Of a stretch of DNA of 64,000 bases, positions 39,561-52,382 are shown one piece after another (the first letter of the stretch is position 1; every line of letters starts with the position of its first letter). Source of the stretch: Lingula anatina (lineage: Eukaryota > Animalia > Brachiopoda); assembly GCA_051362555.1 (NCBI GenBank), contig CM120646.1, forward strand, positions 15,996,001-16,060,000, given 5' to 3'. The position numbers were made by a program, and so were the translations under genes. The notes beneath the pieces are model-generated. The model did not search any database. It saw only the letters and a program-made list of their open reading frames with translations, and was not told the DNA's origin.

Positions 39561-42106
39561 AACTAATATTTCACAAAAAATTAAAAGTGCAAAAGTGTGT
39601 TGATCAGCTGTACTTGGGTACTGCTTACTGTACATGTAGTTTAACACGTTTTAACATTACAAGTACTCTACACCGTGTCCTATCTTATTCTTTTTTTCGC
39701 GCTTTCAGTTCATTTATACGATGTAGGCCATTCTAACCGCAAATGACTAACCTACTTAGTATTTAGAAATGAAGACAGGGATTCCTTGATCTGGCGTCTA
39801 ACATCCCGGCAAATGTCTAGAATGAGTAACTAATTTTGAAATACCTTGCGTCTACTTTCGCGGTATCGCAGGGTTTTAAAAAAAACTTCGTTACGTGTTT
39901 CATCGCAGGTCATCGTTTTTAGATGTTTGATGTTTTTGTAATATTTTAGCCATTAATTAAAATCTTTGATTCAGTTACATCTATGATAAGCTACATTAGA
40001 CGATATGCGGACAGTGTACAGTTAAATGTTTTACAGGAAACACGGCAAAACTGCATTCTCTTAGAAAGTAATTTGGAAGAAATATCCTTGAGGTTATGGA
40101 CAAAATGTGTCAGTAAAATAAACGTGGATCCCAGCGCAGCCTAGTTATTGTTAGTATTAATATATTGCAAATATTATTCAAACAGGTGAAATCTCGCGTT
40201 CACAGGTGTTACATGTAGGAAACTAAGAGACCGTGTAACAAATGGTCATTCGTCTATTAGATGCATACAGGTCAGTGTGAATGTTGCTTTGGTACAGGTA
40301 TAATAGAAACTGCATGAAAAATCTTTATACTAATGGACTTTTTAAAAGTGATTTTTAAACTGTCCTTGCAAGGCGTATACCTGATCCTTTATCACGTATA
40401 TCTGGCTGACAAAAATGGAAAAATAACAGGTAACAAAATCTTTATGTGTTTCTCCTGTCGCAGATTCGAGAAGTAAAGGGAGAGAAAATTAGGTTATTAA
40501 GGATTGAAAAAAATGTGCGATTAACGCAATAAGCTGACGAAAGAAAAGACAATAAGATAAAAAAGGATCAATAAAAATGTCATAGGCAACATCGTAATTT
40601 ATTTTTTAATTAAAATATTTTCGTGTTATTGTGTAAAAAGCATCATTTTAAGATTTAAATTAGCAATTCTTATCACAAAAATAAAGCCAAATTCATAAAA
40701 TAATCAAAGACAAGAATGAAATTTTGGATTCTGACAAAACAATTGAACATTAATTTTTATGGACCACAGTAAGTCGATGAATACATTAAAACATATCACC
40801 ACACAAATAAAAGCAACAAGTCTTTCTGTATATAAAGAATAACATTTATTAAACAGACAGTAAGCCAACACCACTAAAAACTGAGTCACATTTTGCATTA
40901 AAGAGTATATGCAATTTATAACTGCGTCCTACAGTGATGTATTTAATTTTTTTCCACATCTAGATGCCAGCTGAGTTGCTGGTAGATTATACGGGCATGT
41001 TCAGCTGACAACGTGGTCAGCTGTATCTCACCATACCATACTTGATACTTAACCAAATGATTATGTGTTCATGAGAAAATAACCTCAAATTTCTGATACA
41101 TGTTAAATTAATAAAAAAAAAAAAAAACGTTAAATTCGCATTTATCTACGTAATTTACAAACTTCACAAACTTTCAAAATTATCTAAAAATGTTCTTTAA
41201 AATCACAATGGTCATTGCACAATACGTGCAAAATAAGCCCCATTTCTTTATTAATGCAAAATAAACTGCATTGTAGGATACAGCTTGTCAATTCTGCATG
41301 TACAGTACATGTACACACAGTGCCATACACTTCAGTCCGATCCTGGGGAAGGGGGCTTGGGGGGGGGGGTAGGTTACGTGCTACTTGCCCCTATTGCTTT
41401 GGAGGTATAAAAATATGGCCTACATTTTCTAACGCCCCCACCCCACCCTCCCAAACACACCACAAATTAAAACAAACGAAACGAGACTAACACAAACTAA
41501 TCATCACACGTAATTTTTCATCATTTTGTCTCTATTCAACCAGCCTATGAAAAAAAGAACCTCCGGCCGCGGTACAGTTCATTAATATTTATTAGATGTG
41601 ATCATCTCAATATGTACAAAAGGCCAACGGAAATTACCTCATGTAAGCTTCCTCAGTAAAGAGGTACAGACAAAAATATCAATTTTTTTAAAGTGAATTA
41701 CTTATCACAATAAGTTCAAAGGCGTATACTATTCTAGAATTATCAGGGATATTCAGCGCATACACATTATAAGGAATGGATTCTCTACCATAAAGCATGT
41801 CATCCTTCCCATGAATATATCACAATAATGAGCTAGGATACATATCATAACTTATTCAATCCATGTGTCTAGATCTTGAATAATTAAACAAAAATGCAAT
41901 CATCTAAATGGTAATAATTCAGGTAAAAAAATTACAAAAATATGCTCTCTGCCAAAGCTGAGCTATGACGTTATTGCTGTGCAAAATATATATAAAAAGA
42001 GATTCACCAAATCTGTGACCTCGTGAGGTGAAAGTGTCCGATAGTTAGCAAAGTTGGGCGCACACTAATTTTGGTCGTACTGAACTTCAGTGGTGGCATT
42101 TTCCTT

Positions 42107-45100
42107 TCAGATGGCGTGTTTTTCAGGGTAGTGAGGCTGCATTTCAATGCTTCCTGTCACGGTGGAGAGTTGTCTGTAATGTGCCGAGACACACGCTATG
42201 GCGAAAATCTGAAACACAAAAATAAGAACGCAATTACTAAAACAGTTTTATTATAGATTCAGCATTTTGAAAAACGAGGATATGATACATAATCATGAAA
42301 AACCATTCAACATTAAAATGTATATAGAAAGAGAGAGAAAGAGAGAGAGAAAATGAGAGAGAACTACAGGTAGCACTTACATTAACAAGAACTATCACTA
42401 CTGTTAAAATGAATGCCACTGCCGAGATTGGGTCGGTAAACAAGCGATCTACAAGAAAAAGAAGGAATAAATATTATTTATATTCCAGGCATTAAATTTT
42501 ACCAAACGAACACAGTTCATCAACAGCATTTGTGTTCAACTCTGACCGTCTCGTACACGTTATGCCTTTTCACAAAATGTTACATGTACAAAACAAAATC
42601 TTCAAGGGGCAAGGGGACCCGAAAGGTAATGATAATTCCAGATACTGTTCCAGATCATTCCAGTTTTTATCATATGGAGCACTTTTGAATCGATTTTATA
42701 TCGCCTCTACATAGCCTCTACATAAAATGTTAAAGTGGATTAATGTAACACTTTGGCATGGAGTACTATGTAGTAGTCAACACTGGGTATAAAATTACTT
42801 AACTGAAAGGAAAAATGGTCGAGGGGATTCTGTGCTATTGTGACAAGTGTGAATATCATTTTGTTTACTTTGGAAATTAACCTTGACCTTTGTGCATAAG
42901 GATGCGCAACTTCCTGTAATTTCCGGAAGTTCAACCCGTAATAGTTGTCATTTCACTGTACGTGTGAGCAGAGGATGGTCACGTAGTGTAAGCCATGGTG
43001 TGGACTTATAAGCTCTCATCTACGGTGGTCTATAGTTTCATTCCCTTTAAAGAATCATAGGGCCAAACAATTTTCACTGTGCACGAAGATAATCAGTTAA
43101 AAAAATCCCAAAAATATTTTTACCCACGAAAGATGCGCCAACTAAATAGATAATCGAGACTGTACTTTGTCGAAATATCAAAATGAAGTGACCTGCGTTT
43201 CGACCTTTTTAACCAATCAAAACAAAGGAAAAGGGGTCACGTAACCTTCCCACCAGTCTTGCAATTTGAACAAAGCAGCGTGATGTTGCATGTACATAAT
43301 AATTATATGGTAAATAAAGGGTGATAAAAATGGTCCAGAAAAGTTAAACGTTCATTATTATTATTTTATTTGTAAATGCTTTGGGTTTTAATATTTGAAA
43401 CGACTGCATTCTCTGTTGAATGTGATAGTAACATACATGTACATGTTGTAGATGTAGCTGCTCTTGCCATGGTTAACAACTCATAATCACAGGAAAATTC
43501 ATTTCGACAATTATACGAAGTTTAAGCGCAATTTACTCAGTTTCGTGGTTAAAAACATTTCGTGGAAATAGTTTTACTGATTATCTGCGCAAGGAGTTAT
43601 AACAGACTCTGTTATAACTCCTTGATCTGCGTAAATGCGTAGATACGGAGTGAAAATATGTCTGGTCCTATGAATCTTTTAAGGAAAAAGCTTTTCTAGA
43701 AGCCTTTACCCGTATCAGGTTAGGGCCTATTACATGTAGTTGTTGCTCATATGTAGCTGTTTGCCAGGGTCAGTATAAGCATTAAAATAGCTTCATATAT
43801 TAAGTATAGTTTATTATGAACTAGAACAACATTTTTGTATGAACCGTAAATGTTAGTGCTACCGTGTATGCTTTTTGTCTCATGATACTTAGTATTCACA
43901 TGTACATGTACTTTGTAATTAGTTATGAAAACAACATTATAATGTGTTTTTTTCTTGTTTATTTCAGGGGCCTTGTATATGCCTTTCATCTACCTTAATT
44001 TACCTTTATTGTCACTTAATAAGTTATATTTACCACTACATATGATTTCAATACTGTGGATGTTTTCTCTGACATTGTGACATTGTGTAGGGGTCCATGG
44101 TCCTCCCTACCCAGGTTCTTCGAATATTTCGCTTGTCACTGATGCATGGGAGAGGTAATATATAACCACAAACTCACACGTTCAGTCCCAACTCTAAAAA
44201 GTGTTTACTGAGTCCAAGCATTCAGCATTTATACACATTATCTACAGGAAATTTATCTGCATGTCACAGAGGCAGCAACTGATTTAAATACTACCGACTG
44301 TAATTGCAATGCAATAGATAACAAGTGAGAGCTTCTACTTTTCAGTTATATCAGTTCTACTTAGCAGGTATACCTATACAGAGGATGATAAATATTCATT
44401 CAAGACTGAAGCAAGGGGAATGATATTATGCTGACTGATTCTCATATTATATGTACGTGTAAATGAGTGAGTTTATCACATGTATTCAGTGGACCTTAAC
44501 ATATTGAGATATTCGTTGACTTATTGATAAACTGTCAGAAACTTGAAAAATTTATGTCATATTATTTCAAATGAGACAAACAAAACACTCGGTCACACTA
44601 TCAACAGTCGTGGTTGGTATAAAAGGGTTCTCTTCAGTTAAAGGTAATTCCAGTTTACTTACCAATTATAAGGAAATACTGGATAAACTGAATCTCTTCC
44701 AACACAACGAGAGCCGCGGCCCAAATAATCCAAGGTAAAAACATCCCACGGATGCTCTGAAATACGGTAAATGAAGGTAAACATATATAGCATTATGAAC
44801 AGCTCCCCCCCCCCCCTGATAGATATCAGTGGGGCTGAAATAATCCACCAAAAAAAAAAAAAAAAAAAAAATTATTGGCGTACTGAAACTCTCCCATGCC
44901 CAACACACTCACACATCTTGTTTCCATTAAAATTTATATATTTTTTTTTTGCAATCTCAGTCTTCTCTTTTAGATATTGATAACAGCGTATTTTACTGTA
45001 ATTGCTGCCTGCTCAAGGATTTTCTAATTTTCACAAATCAATTTTTTAAACCTGACGGAATTTCAATTAAAATAACATTCTACTCCGGCTTATCTCAGAA

Positions 45101-46340
45101 TGCTAACCTTAATACGATGTCTTATTATCAAGTCCCCAGATCGACATTCATAACACAATAAAACCTCATGAAACGGTGTCGTATAATCTAAACTGACAAT
45201 TACGTTTATAGCTATAAACAATATTGAATAAAAGCATGTTCTTTTTTGGTTTTAGTTTATTAGCGATTCGGAACTTAACCACGCCTATGATGAGAAGAAT
45301 GGAGAACAGGACCAACAGTGACATCACAGCGAATTCCGCCAAGATCAAGTAGAACCGAAATCCGTAATCAAAGGTGCCATCTGAAAAAAAAGTGTCAAAC
45401 GTGATTATTAAATAGAGGTAGATCATAATTATCTAGTACGTGATGCATCAGAAATAACTGCGTTCGTCATTTATCGAATAAAAATACATGAGTTATTAAA
45501 GTCTAATATCAACTGGTTAAAAATGTTGAGAATCTTTTAAGAAAGTCCCCTTACCGTATTGATATATCAAACTAAGCAGGCAGCCATACAGGCCCAGCAC
45601 TAAGATCCCTATGATCTGAAACCAGACATAAAATCTTCATGTTGTATTAGTCAGCCACTAGTCCTGATAGTTCATACAAGTCGACGTTTTGAGAATGGAA
45701 ACTTAAAGAGACGGCATCTATATGTAGCTGGCTTGTAGTACTGTAATTGCGGTACATGTATTGGATTTTCATACCAGTACATTCATGAATAAGTAGTCGC
45801 CGGGGGACGGATGGGGCTTAACCCCCCCCCCCCTCCCCACCACCACCACTTTAAAACCAAGCCAACCTCAAACAAGGACGTATATTTAATATACATCCTT
45901 GCCTTAAATAAAGTGCAAAAAGCAGGGAGGGGGGGGGGCAAGGGGCACTGCTCACTTCTTTAAGCCAAATGTATATTTAAATATTCCAACACCACCGCCA
46001 ACACCACAATCAACTGATGCAACTTCTGATGCTCGGTACTTGCATTTTCGCATTTCCTCCATCCTCCTCTAACCTCTCAAACTTTTTTCTAAATTGTGTA
46101 ATCCCTTAACTGAAAAATTCACTTCCTACACGCCTGCCTGGTGATGCATTTAACACATGTAAAACGTTGGGTAAAAGCTACGGCACTGAATATTACTTCA
46201 CATCTTTCATCTCTCAATTCATTTTTGGCAATTTTTAAATTATTCACGTCAAACTTCTAGATTGTCAAACTTACCATAGACCCTATCGCACTTGCAATGG
46301 AGCCCTTTTTCAGATTCATACAGCGACAACACTTCTTCAT
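42107..46340 (-). CDS. Four-TM LAPTM4-like protein, tandem copy 4 (exon-3 donor deleted; possible pseudogene)
   Basis: Exons 46275-46340, 45555-45615 (one codon shorter), 45274-45380 (no GT after it), 44663-44756, 42381-42448, 42107-42208. No in-frame stops in the exons. Confidence 0.7.
43051..43678. mobile_element. TTAA-flanked (Kolobok-like) non-autonomous element in the expanded intron 4 of copy 4
   Basis: TTAA|AGAATCATAGGGCCAAACAATTTTCACT ... AGTGAAAATATGTCTGGTCCTATGAATCTT|TTAA. Confidence 0.6.
43590..43624. mobile_element. 35-bp perfect-palindrome micro-element with 7-bp TSD ATCTGCG
   Basis: ATCTGCG|CAAGGAGTTATAACAGA-C-TCTGTTATAACTCCTTG|ATCTGCG. Confidence 0.75.
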
Positions 46341-47055
46341 GATTGTAAGAACCAACAAAAAATTATCAGAAAAAAAGGTACATGTATATAGACTAACGGC
46401 TTGATCTCTCACGATAATTTTACGAAATTTTAACTGCGCAATACAGTCTTGTAGATAACGCTCTTGGCTTAAGGCGTATCGAAATTGCTTTTTGCTAGAA
46501 ATTCCCATCCTGCATTTCGGAATGTTCACTATGATAATATCTTAATATTATGTAAATGAGCCACACCGGCACTGTGACGCCAACCTTGTGAGGTCGCTGC
46601 TTGTGTCACCCTAGACGATCATAACAACATGTTTAGCTCTTAGGGGCCTACACTTTTATTACTCTGACCTCATTTATTATAACCTAAAGGCACGGATTAT
46701 ACATCTATTTCTTGGTACGTCAACATATTTAGTGGATCATGAAGTAATGCCAATTATTAAGACACGAAATTCTCTTTAGCACCCACTATATAAATGATTC
46801 GTATTGGTTGGTAAATTAGTAGCAAAGATAATACCATTTTAATTTTTTTTCGAAAGTGTCAAATGTCACTTGGATATTTTTTCTTTACAGTTTGCAGAGG
46901 GTTATTCACATCACGTTCACTATTGTTCAGAAAATAGACGGTCTGTGTAACAGACAGTAGACCTTGTACATTGTATTACAATTATAGTAAGCGTAAGTGT
47001 ATCGGCACCCAAATACCTGTAGAAAGTAATGAAAACTCGTTATTGTGTGTGTGTG

Positions 47056-47122
<67 letters not shown>

Positions 47123-49443
47123 TGGTGGGGGTCTTTTGCCTAGCTGTGAACGACACCGGAGCAGATTCACACCATTTATGTATGTAGAACTCGTAGTATG
47201 TCTTAGGCAAACTTTTCTAGATTTTCTTTTTTCATATAATTCACAGTCAGTTTTGACGTGTTCATAGATTTGTCAAATATTTCAGTTAAATCCACTGCAC
47301 TTTTCTTTATTCCCAGACGAAGCATTTGAGCATTTTTCGCATAGTGATACACATGGCAGCCATTCCACACAAGGTGATTTGCAGTAATTCCAGATAACTT
47401 CAGGTATCACTTGACGTACAGATTTTGCATCCTGTTCCACACCTATCTTATAACTTGTTCATTTCTCTGATTAACAGTTTTTAAACTATTTGAATTAAAA
47501 TTTTGAACACTTTCATTCATTGAGATCCTCTTTCATTAATATGACTACAATGTATTACCTTATCAACAGGACATATAGTCGCCAATACTGGCTTAATTGC
47601 ATCATTAGTGACCTTTCCTTCAACAGGTGTACCTGTCATAAATGGTGACAATGGCAAGTTAAAATAAAAGAAATTGGTCTCTTTTGTTTTCGAAATGTCT
47701 TTTCAGATACATTTAACAGTTAAAAAAACTGAGATTGTATGCACCTTAGTAATGTTTATCACGTTTTCCCACTTTATCTATATTTTTTGTTTTTTGAATT
47801 TCACTCTTAATGCCTTAATTTTCTCTCCTTTTACTTCTCCAATCTGCGACAGGAGCAACACATAACGATTTTGTTACCTTTTACTTTAAAGGTAATTTTT
47901 TTAATTAATACAATAGAATGTGTAATTATGTATATGGACGTTTCTTCTATATATCTTCATGAAGAATTTAAAGCATCATTGTAAAATTTAAATTTAAATT
48001 AACATTTCTTATCTCAAAAATAAAGCCAACTTGATAAAATAATCAAAGACGAGAATGGGATTTCGGGTTCTGATAAAAATTATGGACCACAGCAAGTCGA
48101 TGAATACATCAAAACATACACGGTATATTAGCACACAAATAAAACCAACAAGTCTAACTGTATATAAAGAAAAATATTTATTAAACATTCAATAAACCAG
48201 CACCACTAAAAGCTAATGAGTCACATTTTACATTAAAAGGTATGCAGTTTACAACTGCGTTCTCAGTCAGTACAGTAATGGATTTAGTTTTTTTCCAGAT
48301 CTAGATGCCAGCTGAGTTGCTGGTAGATTATGACGTGGTAATGTTCAGCTGACTATGCGATCACCATATGAATCTCACCATAATAAATACTTAACCAAAT
48401 TATTATGTTTTCATGAAAAAATAAACTCAAATTTCTTATATATATGTTAATTTAATTTTAAAAACATGCTTATTCACCGTTATCTATGTAATTTACAAAC
48501 TTTACAAACTTTTTAAATTATCTAAAATGTTTTTAAAAATCACATTAGCCATTTCACAATGTGTGCAAAATAAGCCCCATTTCTTTATTAATGCAAAATA
48601 AACTGCATAGTAGGATACAGCATGTACAATTCGGTATGTACATGTACGCACAGTCCGATCCAGGGGAAGGAGGCTTCGGGGGGGGGGGGGGGGGGGGGGT
48701 AAATAACGTGCTGCTTACCACCATTGCTTTGGAGGTATGAAAAAATATGACCTTCATTTTTAACGACCCCATCCCCCACCCTCCCAAACATACACCAAAG
48801 ATTAAAACAAACGAAACAAAACAAACACAAATTAATCGTCCCACTTAAATTTTTTAATCATTTTGTCTCTATTCAACCAGCCTATGAAAAAAAGGACCTC
48901 CGGCCGCGGTACAGTTCATTAATATTTATTAGATGTGATCATCTCAATATGTACAAAATGTCAACGGAGATTACCTAATGTAAGCTGCCTCAGCTAAGAG
49001 GTACAGACGGAGATATCAATTTTTTGCAGTGAATTACTTAACACAAAGTTTAATAAGTTCAAAGGCGTATACTATTCTTGAATTATCAGGGATATTCAGC
49101 GCATAAACTTGATAAGGAATGGATTCTCTACCGTAAAGCATGTCATCCCTCCCATGAATATATCACAATAATGAGCTAGGATACATATCGTTACTTATTC
49201 AATCCATGTGTCTAGTTCTTGAATAATTAAACAAAAATGAAATCATCTAAATGGTAATAATTCTGGTAAAAAAATACAAAAATATATCCTCTGCCAAAGC
49301 TCGGCTGAGCTATGACGTTAACTAATGCTGTGCAAAATACATATAAAAAGAGATTTACCAACACGGTGGTAAACTGATCTCGTGAGGTGAAAGGTTAGCA
49401 AAGTTGGGCGCATACTAACATTAGGCGCACTGAACTTCAGTTA

Positions 49444-50416
49444 GGCCACACTTTTTTATTTTTATGGATGACATCCTCTGGGTACCCCAAAATCGGTGCG
49501 AGAGGGCGAAAAAAAAAAAAAACAGTCCAAAAAAAAAAAAAAAACTGCTTAAGTAAAGGAATGCTGTCAGTACACAACTGGAAACACAAATTTAACCACA
49601 GAAACACGTTTCAAACTAACAATATGTCTTTATCCATGCTCTCAAAATATTAAAGCATTGTGAATACTTCGTAGAAATGTAAAAAAAAAGTCATGAATTG
49701 ATATACTTCATATTACCAAATCTATTTAAGGTTATTTCATGCATTCATTTGGTATAGCAATCAATAAAACAAATATCAATCAAACAGTGTGTCTTTATTT
49801 GTATTCTCAGAATATTAAAACATTTTGAACACTTCACAGAAATGTTTAAAAAATGATGCAAAGATATGCTTAATACTACCAAATCTATTAAAGGTCATTT
49901 CAGACGATGCCATTTTGTCAACTTCAACTCACACGAAGCAGCTAAACTGTCAGGTGGCCTGTCCGACCTTCAGCCCACCAAATACCTCGACGCCCTTGTC
50001 GACCCTTTTTTCGCTACAGAAAACCTGGTATTAATGTGCTGCTTTATACAGAATGTCACAGAAATGTTTCGGCCGCCGCCAGCCTTTCGCACAATTGTAA
50101 AAAGGTGATATCTCCATGCCCAATATCAATGGCATACCAATCCAAAACGATGGCGCCTGTTCTCTTTATGACTTTTATTGTTGTGTAATTTGAAAGTAAT
50201 CCTAGAGATGAATTTGACAGCAAAGTGGCCGCATTTCCACGTGGCGAAAATACGCATGCGCAGAAAGCTCATTTCCTTGCAAATTCAATAACAACGTGTG
50301 CGACAACCGACTTCGTTGGGGGCTGGGGGGGGGGCTTTTTTTTTTTTTTTTTTGGAGAACGGGCGAAAATCCATGCGCGCGCAGGATGTCATCCATAAAA
50401 TTAAAAAAGTGTGGCC
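49444..50416. mobile_element. 973-bp PIF/Harbinger-like non-autonomous element (TTA TSD) in the proximal 3'UTR of copy 5
   Basis: TTA|GGCCACACTTTTTTATTTTTATGGATGACATCCT ... AGGATGTCATCCATAAAATTAAAAAAGTGTGGCC|TTA; absent from copies 2-4 (e.g. CTTCAGTGGTGGCATTTTCC in copies 2 and 4). Confidence 0.85.
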
Positions 50417-50432
50417 TTATGGCATTTTCCTT

Positions 50433-52345
50433 TCAGATGGCGTGTTTTCCTGGATAGTGAGGCTGCATTTCAATGCTTCCTGGCACGGTGGAGAGTTGTC
50501 TGTAATGTGCTGAGACGCACACCATGGCGTAAATCTGAAACACAAAAATAAGAACGCAATTACTCAAAGAGTTTTTATTATAGATACAGCATTTTGAAAA
50601 ATGAGGATATGATACATAATCGTGAAAAAAATCAACATATACACGTACAAAGAGAGAGAGAGAGAGAGAAGATGAGAGAGAAATAGCACTTACATTAACA
50701 AGAACTATCACCACTGCTAAAATGAATGCTACTGCCGTGATTGGGTTGGTAAACACGAGAGCTACAAGAAAAAAGGAATAAGTATTATTTATATACCAGG
50801 CATTAAATTTTACCAAATGAACACAGTTCATCAACAGCATTTGTGTTCAACTCTGACCGTCTCGTACACGTTATGCCTTTTCACAAAATTTTACAAATCA
50901 AATTTTTCAAGGGGCAAAGGGACCCAAACGGTAATGTTAATTCCAGATACTGTTTCAGATCATTCAAGTTTTTATCATATAGAACAGTTTTGAATTGATT
51001 TTGTTTCGCCTAAAACTATACGTAGCCTCTGCATAAAATATTATAGTGGATTAATGGCAAAAGTATTATATGTAATACTTTGGCATGGACTCCTACAGTC
51101 TATGAAGTACTCAGCACTGGGTATAAAATTACTGAAGTAAAAAGAAAAATTCGGGGAAATTCTGTGCTATCAATAGTCGTGATTGGTCTAAAAGAGTTCA
51201 CTACAGCCATAGGTCATTCCAATTTACTTACCAATTACAAGGAAATACTGGATCAAGTTAATCGCTTCCAACACAATGAAAACCACGGTCAAAATCATCC
51301 AAGGTAAAAACATCCCACGGATGCCCTGAAATGCGGTAAATAGAGGTAAACTCATCATTATGAACACCCCCCCCCCCCCTGACGTGACCTACACACTGAT
51401 ATATATCAGCGGGGATCAAATAATCCACAAAAATATAATTATTCTCCTGCCCCATGCCCGACACACTCACACATCTTGTTTCCATTAAAATTGATCTCTT
51501 TTTGCAACCTTGATCTTTTTTTTTTGGATATTGATAACAGCGTATTTTAATTGCTGCCTGATAAAGGAGTTTCTAATTTTCAGAAATCAATTTTTAAAAC
51601 CTGACGGAATTTCAATTAAAATAACATTCTACTCCAGGCTTATCTCAGAATGCTAACCTTAATACGATGTCTTATTATCAAGTCTCCAGATCGACATTCA
51701 TAACACATTAAAACCTCATGAAACGGTGTCGTATAATCTAAACTGACAATTATGTTTTTAGCTATAAACGGCATTGAATAAAAGCAGGTTCTCTCTTTGG
51801 TTTTAGTTTATTAGCGATTCGTAACTGACCTTAACCACGCCTATGATGAGAAGAATGGAGAACAGGATCCACAGTGACATCACAGCGATTTCCGCCCAGT
51901 ACAAGTAGAACCGTAATCCGTAAACAGAAGGATCATCTGAAAATAAAAAAGTGTCAAGCATGATTATTAAACAGAGGTTGATTATAATTATCTAGTACGT
52001 GATACATCAGCAATAACTGTGTTCGTCATTTATCGAATAAAAATACATTTGTTATCATTGTCTAATATCAACTGATTAAGAATGTTGAGAATCTTTAAAC
52101 TAAGTTAACTTACCGTAGGCTTGATACATTACACTAAGCAGGTAGCCATACAGGCCCAGCACTAAGGTCCCTATGATCTGAAACCAGACATAAAATCTTC
52201 ATGTAGTACGAGTCAGCGATCAGTCCTGATAGTTTATACGTTTTGAGAATGGAAAATTAAAGAGATGGCATCTATATGTAGCAAAAGTGTAGCGCTGTAA
52301 TTGTCGTATCGGGTTTTCCTACCGGTACATTCATGAATAAGTAGT

Positions 52346-52382
<37 letters not shown>

